A stretch of DNA of 64,000 bases. Source: an uncultured Trueperaceae bacterium. GTDB lineage: Bacteria; Deinococcota; Deinococci; Deinococcales; Trueperaceae. Position 1 is the first letter of the stretch; each line of letters begins with the position of its first letter. This document shows, in pieces, positions 1 through 9,672 of the stretch. Where the stretch lies: the NCBI GenBank assembly GCA_963727505.1, contig CAVSGP010000004.1, positions 928,001-992,000 on the forward strand. Direction: 5' to 3'. Position numbers and translations under genes: made by a program. The notes under the pieces were generated by a model. That model ran no database searches. It saw only the letters and a list, made by a program, of their open reading frames with translations, and was not told where the DNA came from.

Positions 1-191
1 AACGCGTGGGCGGCGGCCGTCGTTGTCGTGGCTCGACGGCTCCGCACGCGCCGCCACGGGCGTCGACCCGACCACGCCCCGCCGGAACGGCAATGCACCC
101 GTCTCCGAGAGGACATTCGCACCTTCCGGAGGCCGGCTCCTGCCGCGATACTGGACACGCCGTCGGGTGCACGAGAGCGAGGAGGCGGCGT

Positions 192-656
192 ATGGAGTTC
201 AGGCGCATCCTGGTGCCGGTCGACGGGAGCCCCTGCAGCGATCGTGCCACGGAAGAGGCGATCGAGCTCGGGCACGTGTTCGGCAGCACTCTTACGTTCC
301 TGTCGGTCATCGACAACCCCCTGCGGGGTCTGTACGGCTACTCGGAGGGGATCGGCTACTACACGGACGTCTTCGAGGCCCTCGAGCGCGCCGCCAACGC
401 CGCCCTGGAACGTGGTGCAACCGCCGCCCGTGACGCGGGCCTCGCGGCCGAGACCCGGCTGGTGCGCGAACGGCCCCCCATCGAAGCGATCCTCGAGGCC
501 GAACCGGAATTCGATCTGACGGTACTCGGCACCCACGGCCGGCACGGGGTCGACCGGGTCTTCCTCGGCTCGGTGACCGAAGGCGTACTGCGCCGTTCGA
601 GAAAACCCCACCTCGTGGTGCGCTGCATCGAAGAGCGGACTCAAGCGCAGGACTGA
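192..656 (+). CDS. Universal stress protein (UspA family)
   Basis: MEFRRILVPVDGS N-terminus and VLGTHGRHGVDRVFLGSVTEGVLR (G-x2-G-x9-GS) USP motif; GGAGG RBS at 181-185 before ATG 192. Confidence 0.93.
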   Translation: MEFRRILVPVDGSPCSDRATEEAIELGHVFGSTLTFLSVIDNPLRGLYGYSEGIGYYTDVFEALERAANAALERGATAARDAGLAAETRLVRERPPIEAILEAEPEFDLTVLGTHGRHGVDRVFLGSVTEGVLRRSRKPHLVVRCIEERTQAQD

Positions 657-680
657 AGCGTTGCCAAGGAGGTCGATTGC

Positions 681-1841
681 ATGATCGGCACGGATCGTAT
701 CCGCGCACTCCAGACGGAAGTCGCAACCCACCCGGCCCCTGTCCTGTCGCTCTATCTGAACGTCAACCCGGCGCGGCCGGAGAACGCCCGCAAGGCTTAC
801 GCCCTCAGGGCACGCGCTGCCATGGAGCACCTCGGCCTCGACAAGAACACCACCCGCCAGATCGTCGCCAAGCTCCGCCAGGACCACGGCATGCCGGACG
901 CGCGGACGCTGGTGGTCTTCGCCGGTGACGAACCGCGCACGTTCTTCGAGAGCTACGCCATCCGGCCCGAGATCGCACTCGTCGAGGCCGGCGACGGCGT
1001 GGTGGCGAGGTGGGGCGAGCCGTACGTGGCGCCTCTGCTGTTGACGGTGCAGGAACACCAACGCTACCTGGTCGTGCTGCTGGCCACCGACCACGTCCGC
1101 CTGTTCGAGCTCTACCTCGATGAGGTGGCCGAGCTCGACGCCTTGGTGCAACCGCTCGACGACAGCGGCTGGCGCCCGATGCGCGAACACGCCACCGGCG
1201 CTCCCGGCGTGCCCGCCCGCGGCGGATCGGGGAAGGACCTCTACGACAAGCGGGTGGCCGACTGGCGTCGACGCTTCCACCTCGAGGTGGGTCGGCACCT
1301 GGATCGCATCCTCGCGTCCTTAGGAGGCGACACACGACTCATCCTGATGGGGCAAGGGCAGGAGGTGAACGCCCTCGAGTCGGTGCTGCCTTCGGCGTTC
1401 CAGGCGCTGGTGGTGGAACGCCTCCCCGCCCCCGCCAACGGCGAGGCGCCGGCCGCCGAATTCGAACCGCTGTTCGCGTCGGCCATCCAGCGCATCGAGG
1501 ACGCCACGGAAGCCGCTTATCTCGACCGCATCCAGGAGAAGGGGGTCTGGGGTTTCGGTGCGACCCTCGAAGCGATCGGCGATGGGCGCATCCATCTCCT
1601 GGCGGTGCCGTGGCGCATGCACGCGACCGTGTTCACATGTCCGAACGGGGATCGGGTGGCTGCGACGCGTGCGGACGCGCAACGCCTCTGCCCCGGCGAG
1701 ACGTTGCAGGAGACACCGCTCGCCGACGTCCTCCCAACCCTCATCGCCCGCCACGGCATGCGATTCGCCGTCATGCACGGCGCCAACGAGGTCCGTCTCG
1801 CAGAGGACTTCGACGGGCTGGCGGGGCTCACCCGCTGGTAG
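681..1841 (+). CDS. aeRF1-like (baeRF/VLRF1-type, Balon-like) protein
   Basis: PVLSLYLNVNP N-terminal motif, RYLVVLLATDHVRLF middle domain, GGSG loop followed by RRFHLEV, C-terminal GLAGLTRW typical of eRF1 domain 3; AAGGAGG RBS. Confidence 0.75.
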   Translation: MIGTDRIRALQTEVATHPAPVLSLYLNVNPARPENARKAYALRARAAMEHLGLDKNTTRQIVAKLRQDHGMPDARTLVVFAGDEPRTFFESYAIRPEIALVEAGDGVVARWGEPYVAPLLLTVQEHQRYLVVLLATDHVRLFELYLDEVAELDALVQPLDDSGWRPMREHATGAPGVPARGGSGKDLYDKRVADWRRRFHLEVGRHLDRILASLGGDTRLILMGQGQEVNALESVLPSAFQALVVERLPAPANGEAPAAEFEPLFASAIQRIEDATEAAYLDRIQEKGVWGFGATLEAIGDGRIHLLAVPWRMHATVFTCPNGDRVAATRADAQRLCPGETLQETPLADVLPTLIARHGMRFAVMHGANEVRLAEDFDGLAGLTRW

Positions 1842-1845
1842 GGCC

Positions 1846-2196
1846 ATGGCCGACACGGGTCACGCGCAGCAGGTCGTTCGCCGGCTTCTCGATGCGGAGA
1901 AGGGCGCCACGGCGCGCCTCGCTGAGGCCGAGGAGCGCGCCCGGCAACAGCTCGCAAGCGCCCACGAGGAAGCCAACCGTACGCGTGCGGATGCTCAGGA
2001 ACGCGCTGCGAGAGAAGGGCATGCCACGCTCGCGTCGGCACGCAGCGAAGCGGAGGCGGAGGCGGCCGCTCTCATCGCCACGGAGCGGGAACGGTGGCAG
2101 CACATCACGGACGCGGCCCAGAGCCGCATCGGTGCCGCCGCCAACGACGTGGTCGCCTGGGTATGCGCCACCGACGATGCGGAGGAGCTCCCATGA
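1846..2196 (+). CDS. V/A-type ATPase peripheral stalk subunit G/H
   Basis: 116-aa Ala/Glu/Arg-rich coiled coil (LLDAEKGA...AEERA) as first gene of the V-ATPase operon. Confidence 0.75.
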   Translation: MADTGHAQQVVRRLLDAEKGATARLAEAEERARQQLASAHEEANRTRADAQERAAREGHATLASARSEAEAEAAALIATERERWQHITDAAQSRIGAAANDVVAWVCATDDAEELP

Positions 2197-3224
2197 TGGG
2201 CGTCTTCCGCCATGCGGCCGCGTATGCGCAGGTACGCGCACGCCTGCCCGGCCTGCTCTCCTCGTCGGAGTGGCGGTCGCTGCTGGAGGAGCAGGGGGTT
2301 GAAGGGATCGCCCGGCGGCTGGAGGGCGGCGCGTACGGCAGCGAGCTCCCCAGCCAACCCGCCGCCCTCGAGCTTCGACTCAAGGCGACGCTAGCGGAGG
2401 AAACGGGTGCCGTGGCGACGTTCCACTGGGGCGCCACCAGGGCGCTGCTCGACGCGTACGCCAGGCGCTTCGAGCTGGCCAACCTCAAGACGGTGTTGCG
2501 CGCCCGCCACCACGGCGTCCCCTGGGCGCGGAGCGTGGTCGTGATGACCCCCCTGAAGCGCTCTTCGCTCCCGTGGCGTCCGCTGCTCGAGGCCCCGTCC
2601 ATGGAGGCGGTCGCGCGGCTGCTGGCAGGAACGCCGTTCGCCCGACCGCTGCTCACCGTTCTCGAACAGCACGGGGATGCCGCTCCCTTCCGCTTCGAGG
2701 TCGCCCTCGACCTCGCCTACTTCCAGGAGCTCGTGCGGCGCATCGAGCGCTTGACAGGCCGCGACGGCGAACGCGCCCGCACCTTCCTCGGCGATTGGAT
2801 CGAGGTCGAGAACCTGGAGTGGGCCTTCCGCTACCGGCGGCTGGCCGGGCTCACGCCCGAGGAGACGGTCAACTACACCTTGCACAGGGCCTTCGGAGCG
2901 GGGCTCGACGCGGTGAGGCGGGTGGTGATGGGGAGCACCGTCGCCGAGGAGGCGGCCCGGCTCGGGTACGTGATCGACGGCGACGCGCCGGAGGACGAGG
3001 CGCTCGCGGCGTTGGAGCGGACCGCGGGACAGCAGCGCGCCGACGCGGCTCTCCACCTGTTCCTCGGGGCGCCCTTCGATGTGGGCGCTCCCCTGGCGCT
3101 GCTCACCCTGCGCGAGACCGAGGTGCTCGACCTGATCACGCTGATCGAGGGCGTCGCGGCGGGCCTGAGCAAGGGCGCGCTGGCCACCCGCTTCCTGGGA
3201 CCGTTGCGCCATGGAGAGGCCTGA
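2193..3224 (+). CDS. atpC: V/A-type ATPase subunit C (d)
   Basis: YAQVRAR...LLS, FELANLKTVLR, EVALDLAYF, IEVENLEW motifs; ATGA overlap with the upstream gene. Confidence 0.88.
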   Translation: MMGVFRHAAAYAQVRARLPGLLSSSEWRSLLEEQGVEGIARRLEGGAYGSELPSQPAALELRLKATLAEETGAVATFHWGATRALLDAYARRFELANLKTVLRARHHGVPWARSVVVMTPLKRSSLPWRPLLEAPSMEAVARLLAGTPFARPLLTVLEQHGDAAPFRFEVALDLAYFQELVRRIERLTGRDGERARTFLGDWIEVENLEWAFRYRRLAGLTPEETVNYTLHRAFGAGLDAVRRVVMGSTVAEEAARLGYVIDGDAPEDEALAALERTAGQQRADAALHLFLGAPFDVGAPLALLTLRETEVLDLITLIEGVAAGLSKGALATRFLGPLRHGEA

Positions 3225-5130
3225 CCCCGTGCTCGCGCCCGAACGGCTCCAGGAAGTGAGCATCTTCGTGCTCGAGCGCGATGTAGAAGTCAGCGCCAAC
3301 GTCCTGCTCCACTCCGAAACCCTCCACCTCGAGGACGTCGAAACCGAGTCCCTGGAGCCGAAGCGTCACTGGGCCGAGATCGCCGAGCGGGCGCTGGTGT
3401 TGGCGCGCCGCGCCGGACAGGTGCTCGAGCTCCTCGGCATCGAATCGCAGACCCAGGCACCGACCGAACCCGTGCGCCCCAGTGACGAGCTCGAACTGAT
3501 GGAAGCGCAACTGGCCGTGGCGGAGACGCGCGTCCGATCCTGGCGTTCCCGCGCCGACCGGAGCAGACGCGAGTTGGAATCGCTGGCGTTGGCCCGGTCC
3601 CAGCTCGAGTTACTCGAGCCGCTCGACGTCCCCGTCGAGGCGCTGGCTGAGCTCCGGCAGCACTACGTCGTCGTCGGAACCATGCCGGCCGAGAACCTCG
3701 CGCGCGTCGCAGCCGCGCTGTTCACCGTGTCGTTCGTGATCGCTCCGGTGCAGGTGCGCGCCGGGCGCGCTCTGGTGGTGGCGGCCAGCACGCATCAGGA
3801 CGCCGCCATCCTGGACCGGGCATTGCGCAGCGCCTTCTTCGAACCGATCCCACTCCCGGCCGACGCGCGCGGCCATCCGAAGGAGGCGCTGGCGGCGCTC
3901 GAACGGAGCACCGAGCAGGCGCGAGCGCGGCAGACGGAACTCCAGACCGAACGCGCCCGCCTCGCCGCTGCGCTGCGCGAGACCCTCGTTCCGCTCGAGG
4001 CACGCCTGCATGCCGCCGCGGTCGTGGCCGAGGCGATCCGGCGCTTCCCCAGCCGTGGCGAGGTCTACCTGATCGCGGGCTGGGTCCCGGCGCGTAGCGT
4101 CGAGGCTCTCGGCAACAAGCTCCGCGCCGCCGCCACCGCCCCCGTCGTGTTGCAGGCGGCACCGCCTGCCGACACGCGGCAGGGCGTGCCCACACTCCTC
4201 AACACACCGCCCTGGCTACGGCCCTTCCGGATCCTGGTCACCACCTTCGGCCTCTCGGGCTATCGCGAGATCGACCCCACGCTGCCGGCGGCCGCGACCT
4301 TCGTGCTCATGTACGGGATGATGTTCGGAGACATCGGACACGGACTGCTGCTGGCCGCAGCGGGAGCCTTGATGGGCAGGCGCGGCGGGCCGTTGGCGCG
4401 CATCATCACCGTGGCGGGCGTGAGCGGAGCGCTGTTCGGCGTGCTCTACGGGACCGTGCTCGGCGCCCCGCTGTTCGCTCCCCTGTGGCTCCGGCCCATG
4501 GACCGCATCCAGGACCTGCTCCTGGCGTCCCTCGTGGCCGGCGCGCTGGTCCTCAACCTCGGCTTCGCCCTCAACCTGCTCACGCGGGCCCGCACCCACG
4601 ACGTCTTGGGGCTCGTACTGGACAAGAAGGGCATCGTCGGGCTGCTCTTCTACTGGACGCTCGTCGGCGGCACCGTCCTGAGCCTCCTCGGAAGGCTCGA
4701 TGTCCGCATCATGCTCGTGGTGTTGGCCCCGCTGGCGCTGCTGCTGTGGCTCAAGGAGCCGATCGAGGAACGACTCAAGGGACGACCCGTGGGGCCCATC
4801 GGCGACATCGTCGTGACGGGCTTCTTCGAGCTCTTCGAGACGGTGCTCGGTTACGCCAGCAACAGCCTCTCGTTCGTCCGGCTGGGGGCCTTCGCGATCG
4901 CTCACGAGGGGCTCTCCACCATGGTGCTCCGCTACTCCGGCGGGCCCGCGGGCTGGGCCGTGCTGGTGTTGGGAACCGCACTGATCGTCGGCTTCGAGGG
5001 GCTGGTGGTGGGGATCCAGGCCTTGCGCCTGGAGTACTTCGAGTTCTTCGGTCGTTTCTTCAGGGGCGACGGTACCCCCTTCGTCCCACTGACGTTCCAG
5101 GGAGGTCGCGATGCTCGGATGCAAGCCTAG
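3211..5130 (+). CDS. atpI: V/A-type ATPase subunit I (a)
   Basis: GWVP, PTLL..P, YREIDPT, YGMMFGDIGHG, SNSLSFVRLGAFAIAH (essential Arg), LRLEYFEFFGRFF. Confidence 0.96.
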   Translation: MERPDPVLAPERLQEVSIFVLERDVEVSANVLLHSETLHLEDVETESLEPKRHWAEIAERALVLARRAGQVLELLGIESQTQAPTEPVRPSDELELMEAQLAVAETRVRSWRSRADRSRRELESLALARSQLELLEPLDVPVEALAELRQHYVVVGTMPAENLARVAAALFTVSFVIAPVQVRAGRALVVAASTHQDAAILDRALRSAFFEPIPLPADARGHPKEALAALERSTEQARARQTELQTERARLAAALRETLVPLEARLHAAAVVAEAIRRFPSRGEVYLIAGWVPARSVEALGNKLRAAATAPVVLQAAPPADTRQGVPTLLNTPPWLRPFRILVTTFGLSGYREIDPTLPAAATFVLMYGMMFGDIGHGLLLAAAGALMGRRGGPLARIITVAGVSGALFGVLYGTVLGAPLFAPLWLRPMDRIQDLLLASLVAGALVLNLGFALNLLTRARTHDVLGLVLDKKGIVGLLFYWTLVGGTVLSLLGRLDVRIMLVVLAPLALLLWLKEPIEERLKGRPVGPIGDIVVTGFFELFETVLGYASNSLSFVRLGAFAIAHEGLSTMVLRYSGGPAGWAVLVLGTALIVGFEGLVVGIQALRLEYFEFFGRFFRGDGTPFVPLTFQGGRDARMQA

Positions 5131-5449
5131 GTCCTTCACGCTTCGGATGCTCGTTGCGCTGGCGGTGTGGACATGGGCCGCACTGGCGGCGGCCCAGACA
5201 ACCCCACAGGGTCCTGACCAGGTGGTGCAGGCCGCCACCCAAGGGAATCCCTTCCTGGCCGCCGCCATCGCCACCGGTCTCGCCGCCATCGGAGCGGGCA
5301 TCGCGGTGGGGATCGCGGGGGCTGCAGCCATCGGCGCGATCGCCGAGAAGCCCGAGCTCCTTGGCCGGAGCCTGATCTTCGTCGGTCTGGCCGAAGGGAT
5401 CGTCATCTACGGGCTGATCATCTCCTTCATCATCCTGGGGACGGGTTGA
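5111..5449 (+). CDS. atpK: V/A-type ATPase proteolipid subunit K (c), single hairpin with N-terminal signal-like extension
   Basis: GAGIAVG...AIAEKPE...GLAEGIVIYG with the conserved Glu; exact start uncertain. Confidence 0.93.
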   Translation: MLGCKPRSFTLRMLVALAVWTWAALAAAQTTPQGPDQVVQAATQGNPFLAAAIATGLAAIGAGIAVGIAGAAAIGAIAEKPELLGRSLIFVGLAEGIVIYGLIISFIILGTG

Positions 5450-5775
5450 GCATCGTGGCCACGGCTCGCGGGCTCTTGGTCATCGGGGGCGCTGATGTCG
5501 TCTTGGGCCTCGGGCTGCTCGGCATCGAGGGCGTCGCCGTATCCGATGCGCCGCAGGCCCGCGCGGCGCTGGAGCAGGCCCTCGCCGATCCCGGCACCGC
5601 GCTGGTGTTGATGGATGAGGCCTGGGTCGAGGGCCTGCGCGACACCCTGGAGGCGGTCGCGCAGGAGTCCGCGCGTCCGCTGGTGGTCGAGATCCCCAGC
5701 GCGACCGGAGCCGACGCGGCGCAGGCGCTCCGCTCGAGGGTCGAGCGCGCGCTCGGCTTCCAGTTGAGGGAGTGA
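5446..5775 (+). CDS. atpF: V/A-type ATPase subunit F
   Basis: VIGGADVVLGLGLLGIEG and PLVVEIP motifs; TTG start overlapping the K stop. Confidence 0.9.
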   Translation: MSIVATARGLLVIGGADVVLGLGLLGIEGVAVSDAPQARAALEQALADPGTALVLMDEAWVEGLRDTLEAVAQESARPLVVEIPSATGADAAQALRSRVERALGFQLRE

Positions 5776-6410
5776 GCCCGGACATGTTGGATGTGCGCGG
5801 AGATCTGGAAGCACTGGTGGCGGAGGCCCATCGGCGGGTGGAACAGCGCGCCCTCGAGCAGGAGGCCAACGCCGAGCGACGCTCCGCAGAGACGCTGAAC
5901 GAAGCGCGCGACGCCGCCGCCGCGATCGTGGAGGACCACCGGCAGCGCACGGAGGCCGAAGCGGCCGAGGTTCGCGTGCGCGTGCTGGCGCTCGGTGAGA
6001 TGCGTGCGAAGCGCGTCGCACTGGAACAACGCGAGGCCCTGCTCGACATCGTCTGGGAACGTGCCAGGGCGCGACTCGAGGCGCTTCCCGACGATCGCCG
6101 ACGATACCTCGCCACGCTCCGAAGACTGGCCGCCCTGGCTGCTCAGAGCCTCGGAGTGGGCGAGGTGGAGCTCGCCTCGGAGGTACGCGGACACGACCTC
6201 CTCACACCAGCGCGGCTCGAGGCGTGGGGCACGGAGGACGGCGTGCGCTATCGCCGCGCGGCCGCTCCGGTGACGATGATGGGCGGTCTGGTGGCGAGCG
6301 CCGACCGGCTCCGGGTCGATGTCAGCTTCGACACGCGCCTCCGGATCGCCCAGGAAGAGCTGCGTGACGGCGCCGCCGCGCTGCTCCTGGAAGGCGATGG
6401 GAAGCCGTGA
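5772..6410 (+). CDS. atpE: V/A-type ATPase subunit E
   Basis: Coiled-coil N-terminus and C-terminal GGLVASADRLRVDVSFDTRL. Confidence 0.88.
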   Translation: MSPDMLDVRGDLEALVAEAHRRVEQRALEQEANAERRSAETLNEARDAAAAIVEDHRQRTEAEAAEVRVRVLALGEMRAKRVALEQREALLDIVWERARARLEALPDDRRRYLATLRRLAALAAQSLGVGEVELASEVRGHDLLTPARLEAWGTEDGVRYRRAAAPVTMMGGLVASADRLRVDVSFDTRLRIAQEELRDGAAALLLEGDGKP

Positions 6411-6426
6411 ACGGAAGGGTGAGGCC

Positions 6427-8235
6427 GTGAGGCAGGTCGGCACCGTGAGCTGGATCAGCGGACCGGTGGTCAAGGCGCGGTTGAGCGCTCCGGTCGGGCT
6501 GCTGGAGCAGGTGTTGGTCGGCGCCCTCGGGCTCACAGGCGAGGTCATCGCGCGAGACCACGATCTCGCGACGGTGCAGGTGTACGAGGAGACGGACGGC
6601 GTGCGGCCCGGTGAGCCTGTGCGGTCCGACGGGCACCCCCTGGAAGTGACTCTGGGGCCGGGCCTGTTGGGCCAGGTCTACGACGGCCTCCAACGCCCCC
6701 TGGAGAGGTTGCTCGAGAGCGGCCCCGGCATCGAGCGGGGGGCCCACGCCGATCCGCTTCCGGACCGGACGTGGCGGTTCGTCGCGCGCGCCGCCGAAGG
6801 CGCCGAGGCCCACCCCGGCTCCCTGGTCGGCACCGTGCAGGAGACGCCCCTGATCGAGCATCGGGTGCTCGTTCCCGCCGGCCTGGAGGGCACGTTCGAG
6901 TGGGTCGCCGACGACGGCGACCTTGCCCGCGACAGCGTGGTGGCCCGGATCCGCAGCGCAGCCGACGGCGAGACGCACGAGCTGACGATGGTGCAGCGCT
7001 GGCCCGTTCGCGTGGCACGCCCGTCGCTGAGGAGGCTCGACTCCGACCGCCCCCTGGTGACGGGGCAACGCGTGCTCGACACCTTCTACCCGGTCGCTCG
7101 CGGCGGTGCGGTGGCGCTCCCCGGGCCGTTCGGAGCCGGCAAGACCATCCTGCAGCACAGCCTGGCGAAGTGGTGCGACGCCGAGGTGATCGTCTACGTG
7201 GGGTGTGGCGAGCGCGGCAACGAGATCGCCCAGGTCCTCAGCGACTTCCCCACCCTGCTCGACCCCGCCTCGGGCCGGCCGCTGTTGGAGCGAACGATCC
7301 TGATCGCCAACACCTCGAACATGCCGGTGGCCGCACGCGAGGCCAGCATCTACACGGGGCTGGCGATGGCGGAGTACTACCGGGACATGGGTTACAGCGT
7401 CGCACTGATGGCCGACTCGACCAGCCGCTGGGCCGAGGCGCTGCGAGAGATCGCGGGGCGTCTGGAGGAGATGCCGGCCGAGGAGGGCTACCCTGCCTAC
7501 CTGCCCAGCCGCTTGGCCGCCTTCTACGAGCGCGCCGGGGTGGTCGAAACGCTCTCGGGCCAGGCCGGGTCGGTCACCATCATCGGAGCGGTCAGCCCCC
7601 CGGGCGGCGACTTCACCGAGCCCGTCACCCAGCATACGCAGCGCTTCACGAGGGCGCTCTGGGCCCTCAGCCGCGAGCTCGCCAGCGCCCGACACTACCC
7701 GGCCATCAGCTGGGAGAGCAGCTACAGCTTCTACGTCGACGAGGTCGCTGCCTGGTGGGAAGCGGAGGGAGGCGAGGGCTGGTCGCAGTTGCGGGGGCGT
7801 GCAGTGTCCATCCTGGAGCAGGACGCTCGCCTGGAGCAGGTCGTGAGGCTCGTCGGGAGCGAGGCGCTGCCCGACCGTCAACGCTGGGTGCTGGAAGCCG
7901 CCCGCTTGCTCAAGGAAGGATTCCTGCGGCAGAACGCCCTGCATCCGATCGACGCCATGTGCCCGCCCAAGAAGCAGGCGAGCCTGCTGGCCCTGTTCGT
8001 GCGGCTCTTCGAACGCGGCCGCGATCTCATCGACGCCGGCGTGCCCCTGGTGAGGGTACGCTCCGCGATCGACGCCGGACGCCTGCTTCGGCTCAAGGAG
8101 ACCGCACCAGGCGACGATCTCTCGCTCATCGAGGCGGCCGAGCGGGAGACCGATGCCGCCTTGGTGGCCCTGCGCGCCACCCCGACCTCGGCGAGTCCTG
8201 CCGAGGCCACGCGACCTGACGGGGACGCGCCATGA
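6427..8235 (+). CDS. atpA: V/A-type ATPase catalytic subunit A
   Basis: ISGPVV, GPFGAGKT Walker A, YVGCGERGNE, ANTSNMPVAAREASIYTG, DSTSRWAEALRE, PAEEGYPAYL; GTG 6427 (alternative ATG 6397). Confidence 0.97.
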   Translation: MRQVGTVSWISGPVVKARLSAPVGLLEQVLVGALGLTGEVIARDHDLATVQVYEETDGVRPGEPVRSDGHPLEVTLGPGLLGQVYDGLQRPLERLLESGPGIERGAHADPLPDRTWRFVARAAEGAEAHPGSLVGTVQETPLIEHRVLVPAGLEGTFEWVADDGDLARDSVVARIRSAADGETHELTMVQRWPVRVARPSLRRLDSDRPLVTGQRVLDTFYPVARGGAVALPGPFGAGKTILQHSLAKWCDAEVIVYVGCGERGNEIAQVLSDFPTLLDPASGRPLLERTILIANTSNMPVAAREASIYTGLAMAEYYRDMGYSVALMADSTSRWAEALREIAGRLEEMPAEEGYPAYLPSRLAAFYERAGVVETLSGQAGSVTIIGAVSPPGGDFTEPVTQHTQRFTRALWALSRELASARHYPAISWESSYSFYVDEVAAWWEAEGGEGWSQLRGRAVSILEQDARLEQVVRLVGSEALPDRQRWVLEAARLLKEGFLRQNALHPIDAMCPPKKQASLLALFVRLFERGRDLIDAGVPLVRVRSAIDAGRLLRLKETAPGDDLSLIEAAERETDAALVALRATPTSASPAEATRPDGDAP

Positions 8236-8268
8236 GATCCCCTCCAGCCGTCAGCACGGATCGAACTG

Positions 8269-9672
8269 GTGGGCGCCGACCGTATCGAGGGGCCGCTCCT
8301 CCTGCTCGAGGGGTTCGGGCGGGCGGCCTACGGCGAAGTGGTCGAGGTCCACGGCGCCGGGCCCGTCCGCCTGGGCGAAGTGCTGGCATCCTCGGAAGAC
8401 TCGGCCGTAATCGAGCTGTGGGGCGACACGGCTGGGATGGCTCCCGAGACGTTGAGCGTGCGCTTCCGAGGCCAGACGCTGCATGCCCCGGTCGCCGAAG
8501 AGATGCTCGGGCGGGTGTTCGACGGGCTCGGTCGACCGCGCGACGGTCTACCCCCTCCGATCGCGGAGCGCCGCGTCGACGTGCATGGGCGACCGATCAA
8601 TCCCGCCGCCCGCGCTTACCCACGGGATCCCATCGAGACCGGAGTGTCGGCGATCGACCTGATGAACACCCTGGTGCGCGGTCAGAAGCTTCCGCTGTTC
8701 TCGGGGTCGGGGCTGCCGCACAACGAGCTGGCGGCTCAGATCGCCCTGCAAGCCCGCATCGCCGGCGAAGGCGAGCGCTTCGCCGTCGTGTTCGTGGCCC
8801 TGGGAAGCTCGCACGACACGGCCGCGTTCTTCCGTGAGCAGTTCGAGGACTCCGGCCTGCTGGCACGCACCGCCCTGTTCCTCAACCTGGCGGACGACGC
8901 GCCGATGGAGCGCATCGTCACGCCCCGCGTGGCACTGTCGCTGGCCGAGCACCTGGCCTTCGAGCACGACTACCACGTCCTAGCACTCCTGACGGACATG
9001 ACCAACTACGCCGAGGCCCTGCGCGAGCTCTCCGCCCGCAAGAACGAGGTCCCCGGTCGCAAGGGCTACCCCGGTTACCTCTACACCGACCTGGCGTCGA
9101 TCTACGAGCGCTGCGGCCGCATCAAGGGCGCGAAGGGATCGCTCACCCAGATCCCCATCCTGACCATGCCGGGAGACGACATCACCCACCCGGTGCCCGA
9201 CCTCACCGGATACATCACGGAGGGCCAGGTGGTGCTCAGCCGGGCGCTCCACCGGGCCGAGGTCTACCCTCCCGTGGATGTGATGCTGTCGCTGTCGCGG
9301 CTGATGAAGGACGGCATCGGCAAGGGCGTCACGCGCGAGGACCACGCCGGACTGGCGGCACAGCTCTACGCGGCCTACGCTCGCGTCCAGGAGGTCCGAA
9401 ATCTGGCGACCGTGATCGGCGACGCGGCGCTCGCCTCGATCGACCGCATGGTCCTGGAGTTCGGAGAGCGTTTCGAGCACGACGTCCTCCGGCAGGGGTC
9501 GAGCGAGATCCGCAGCATCGAGGACAGCCTCGATCGGGGCTGGGCGGCGCTATCGGTGCTGCCCATGGACGAGTTGACACGCGTCGGCGCCGAAGACCTG
9601 CAGAAGCACTACCGTGGCCGGCTTCCGGCCACGGAGGCGGGCTCGCCCCCCGGTTCCGAGGAGCCCCCATGA
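8269..9672 (+). CDS. atpB: V/A-type ATPase subunit B
   Basis: IEGPL, RGQKLPLFSGSGLPHNELAAQI, TDMTNYAEALRE, GYPGYLYTDLA, THPVPDLTGYITEGQ; true start ambiguous (see finding). Confidence 0.96.
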   Translation: MGADRIEGPLLLLEGFGRAAYGEVVEVHGAGPVRLGEVLASSEDSAVIELWGDTAGMAPETLSVRFRGQTLHAPVAEEMLGRVFDGLGRPRDGLPPPIAERRVDVHGRPINPAARAYPRDPIETGVSAIDLMNTLVRGQKLPLFSGSGLPHNELAAQIALQARIAGEGERFAVVFVALGSSHDTAAFFREQFEDSGLLARTALFLNLADDAPMERIVTPRVALSLAEHLAFEHDYHVLALLTDMTNYAEALRELSARKNEVPGRKGYPGYLYTDLASIYERCGRIKGAKGSLTQIPILTMPGDDITHPVPDLTGYITEGQVVLSRALHRAEVYPPVDVMLSLSRLMKDGIGKGVTREDHAGLAAQLYAAYARVQEVRNLATVIGDAALASIDRMVLEFGERFEHDVLRQGSSEIRSIEDSLDRGWAALSVLPMDELTRVGAEDLQKHYRGRLPATEAGSPPGSEEPP

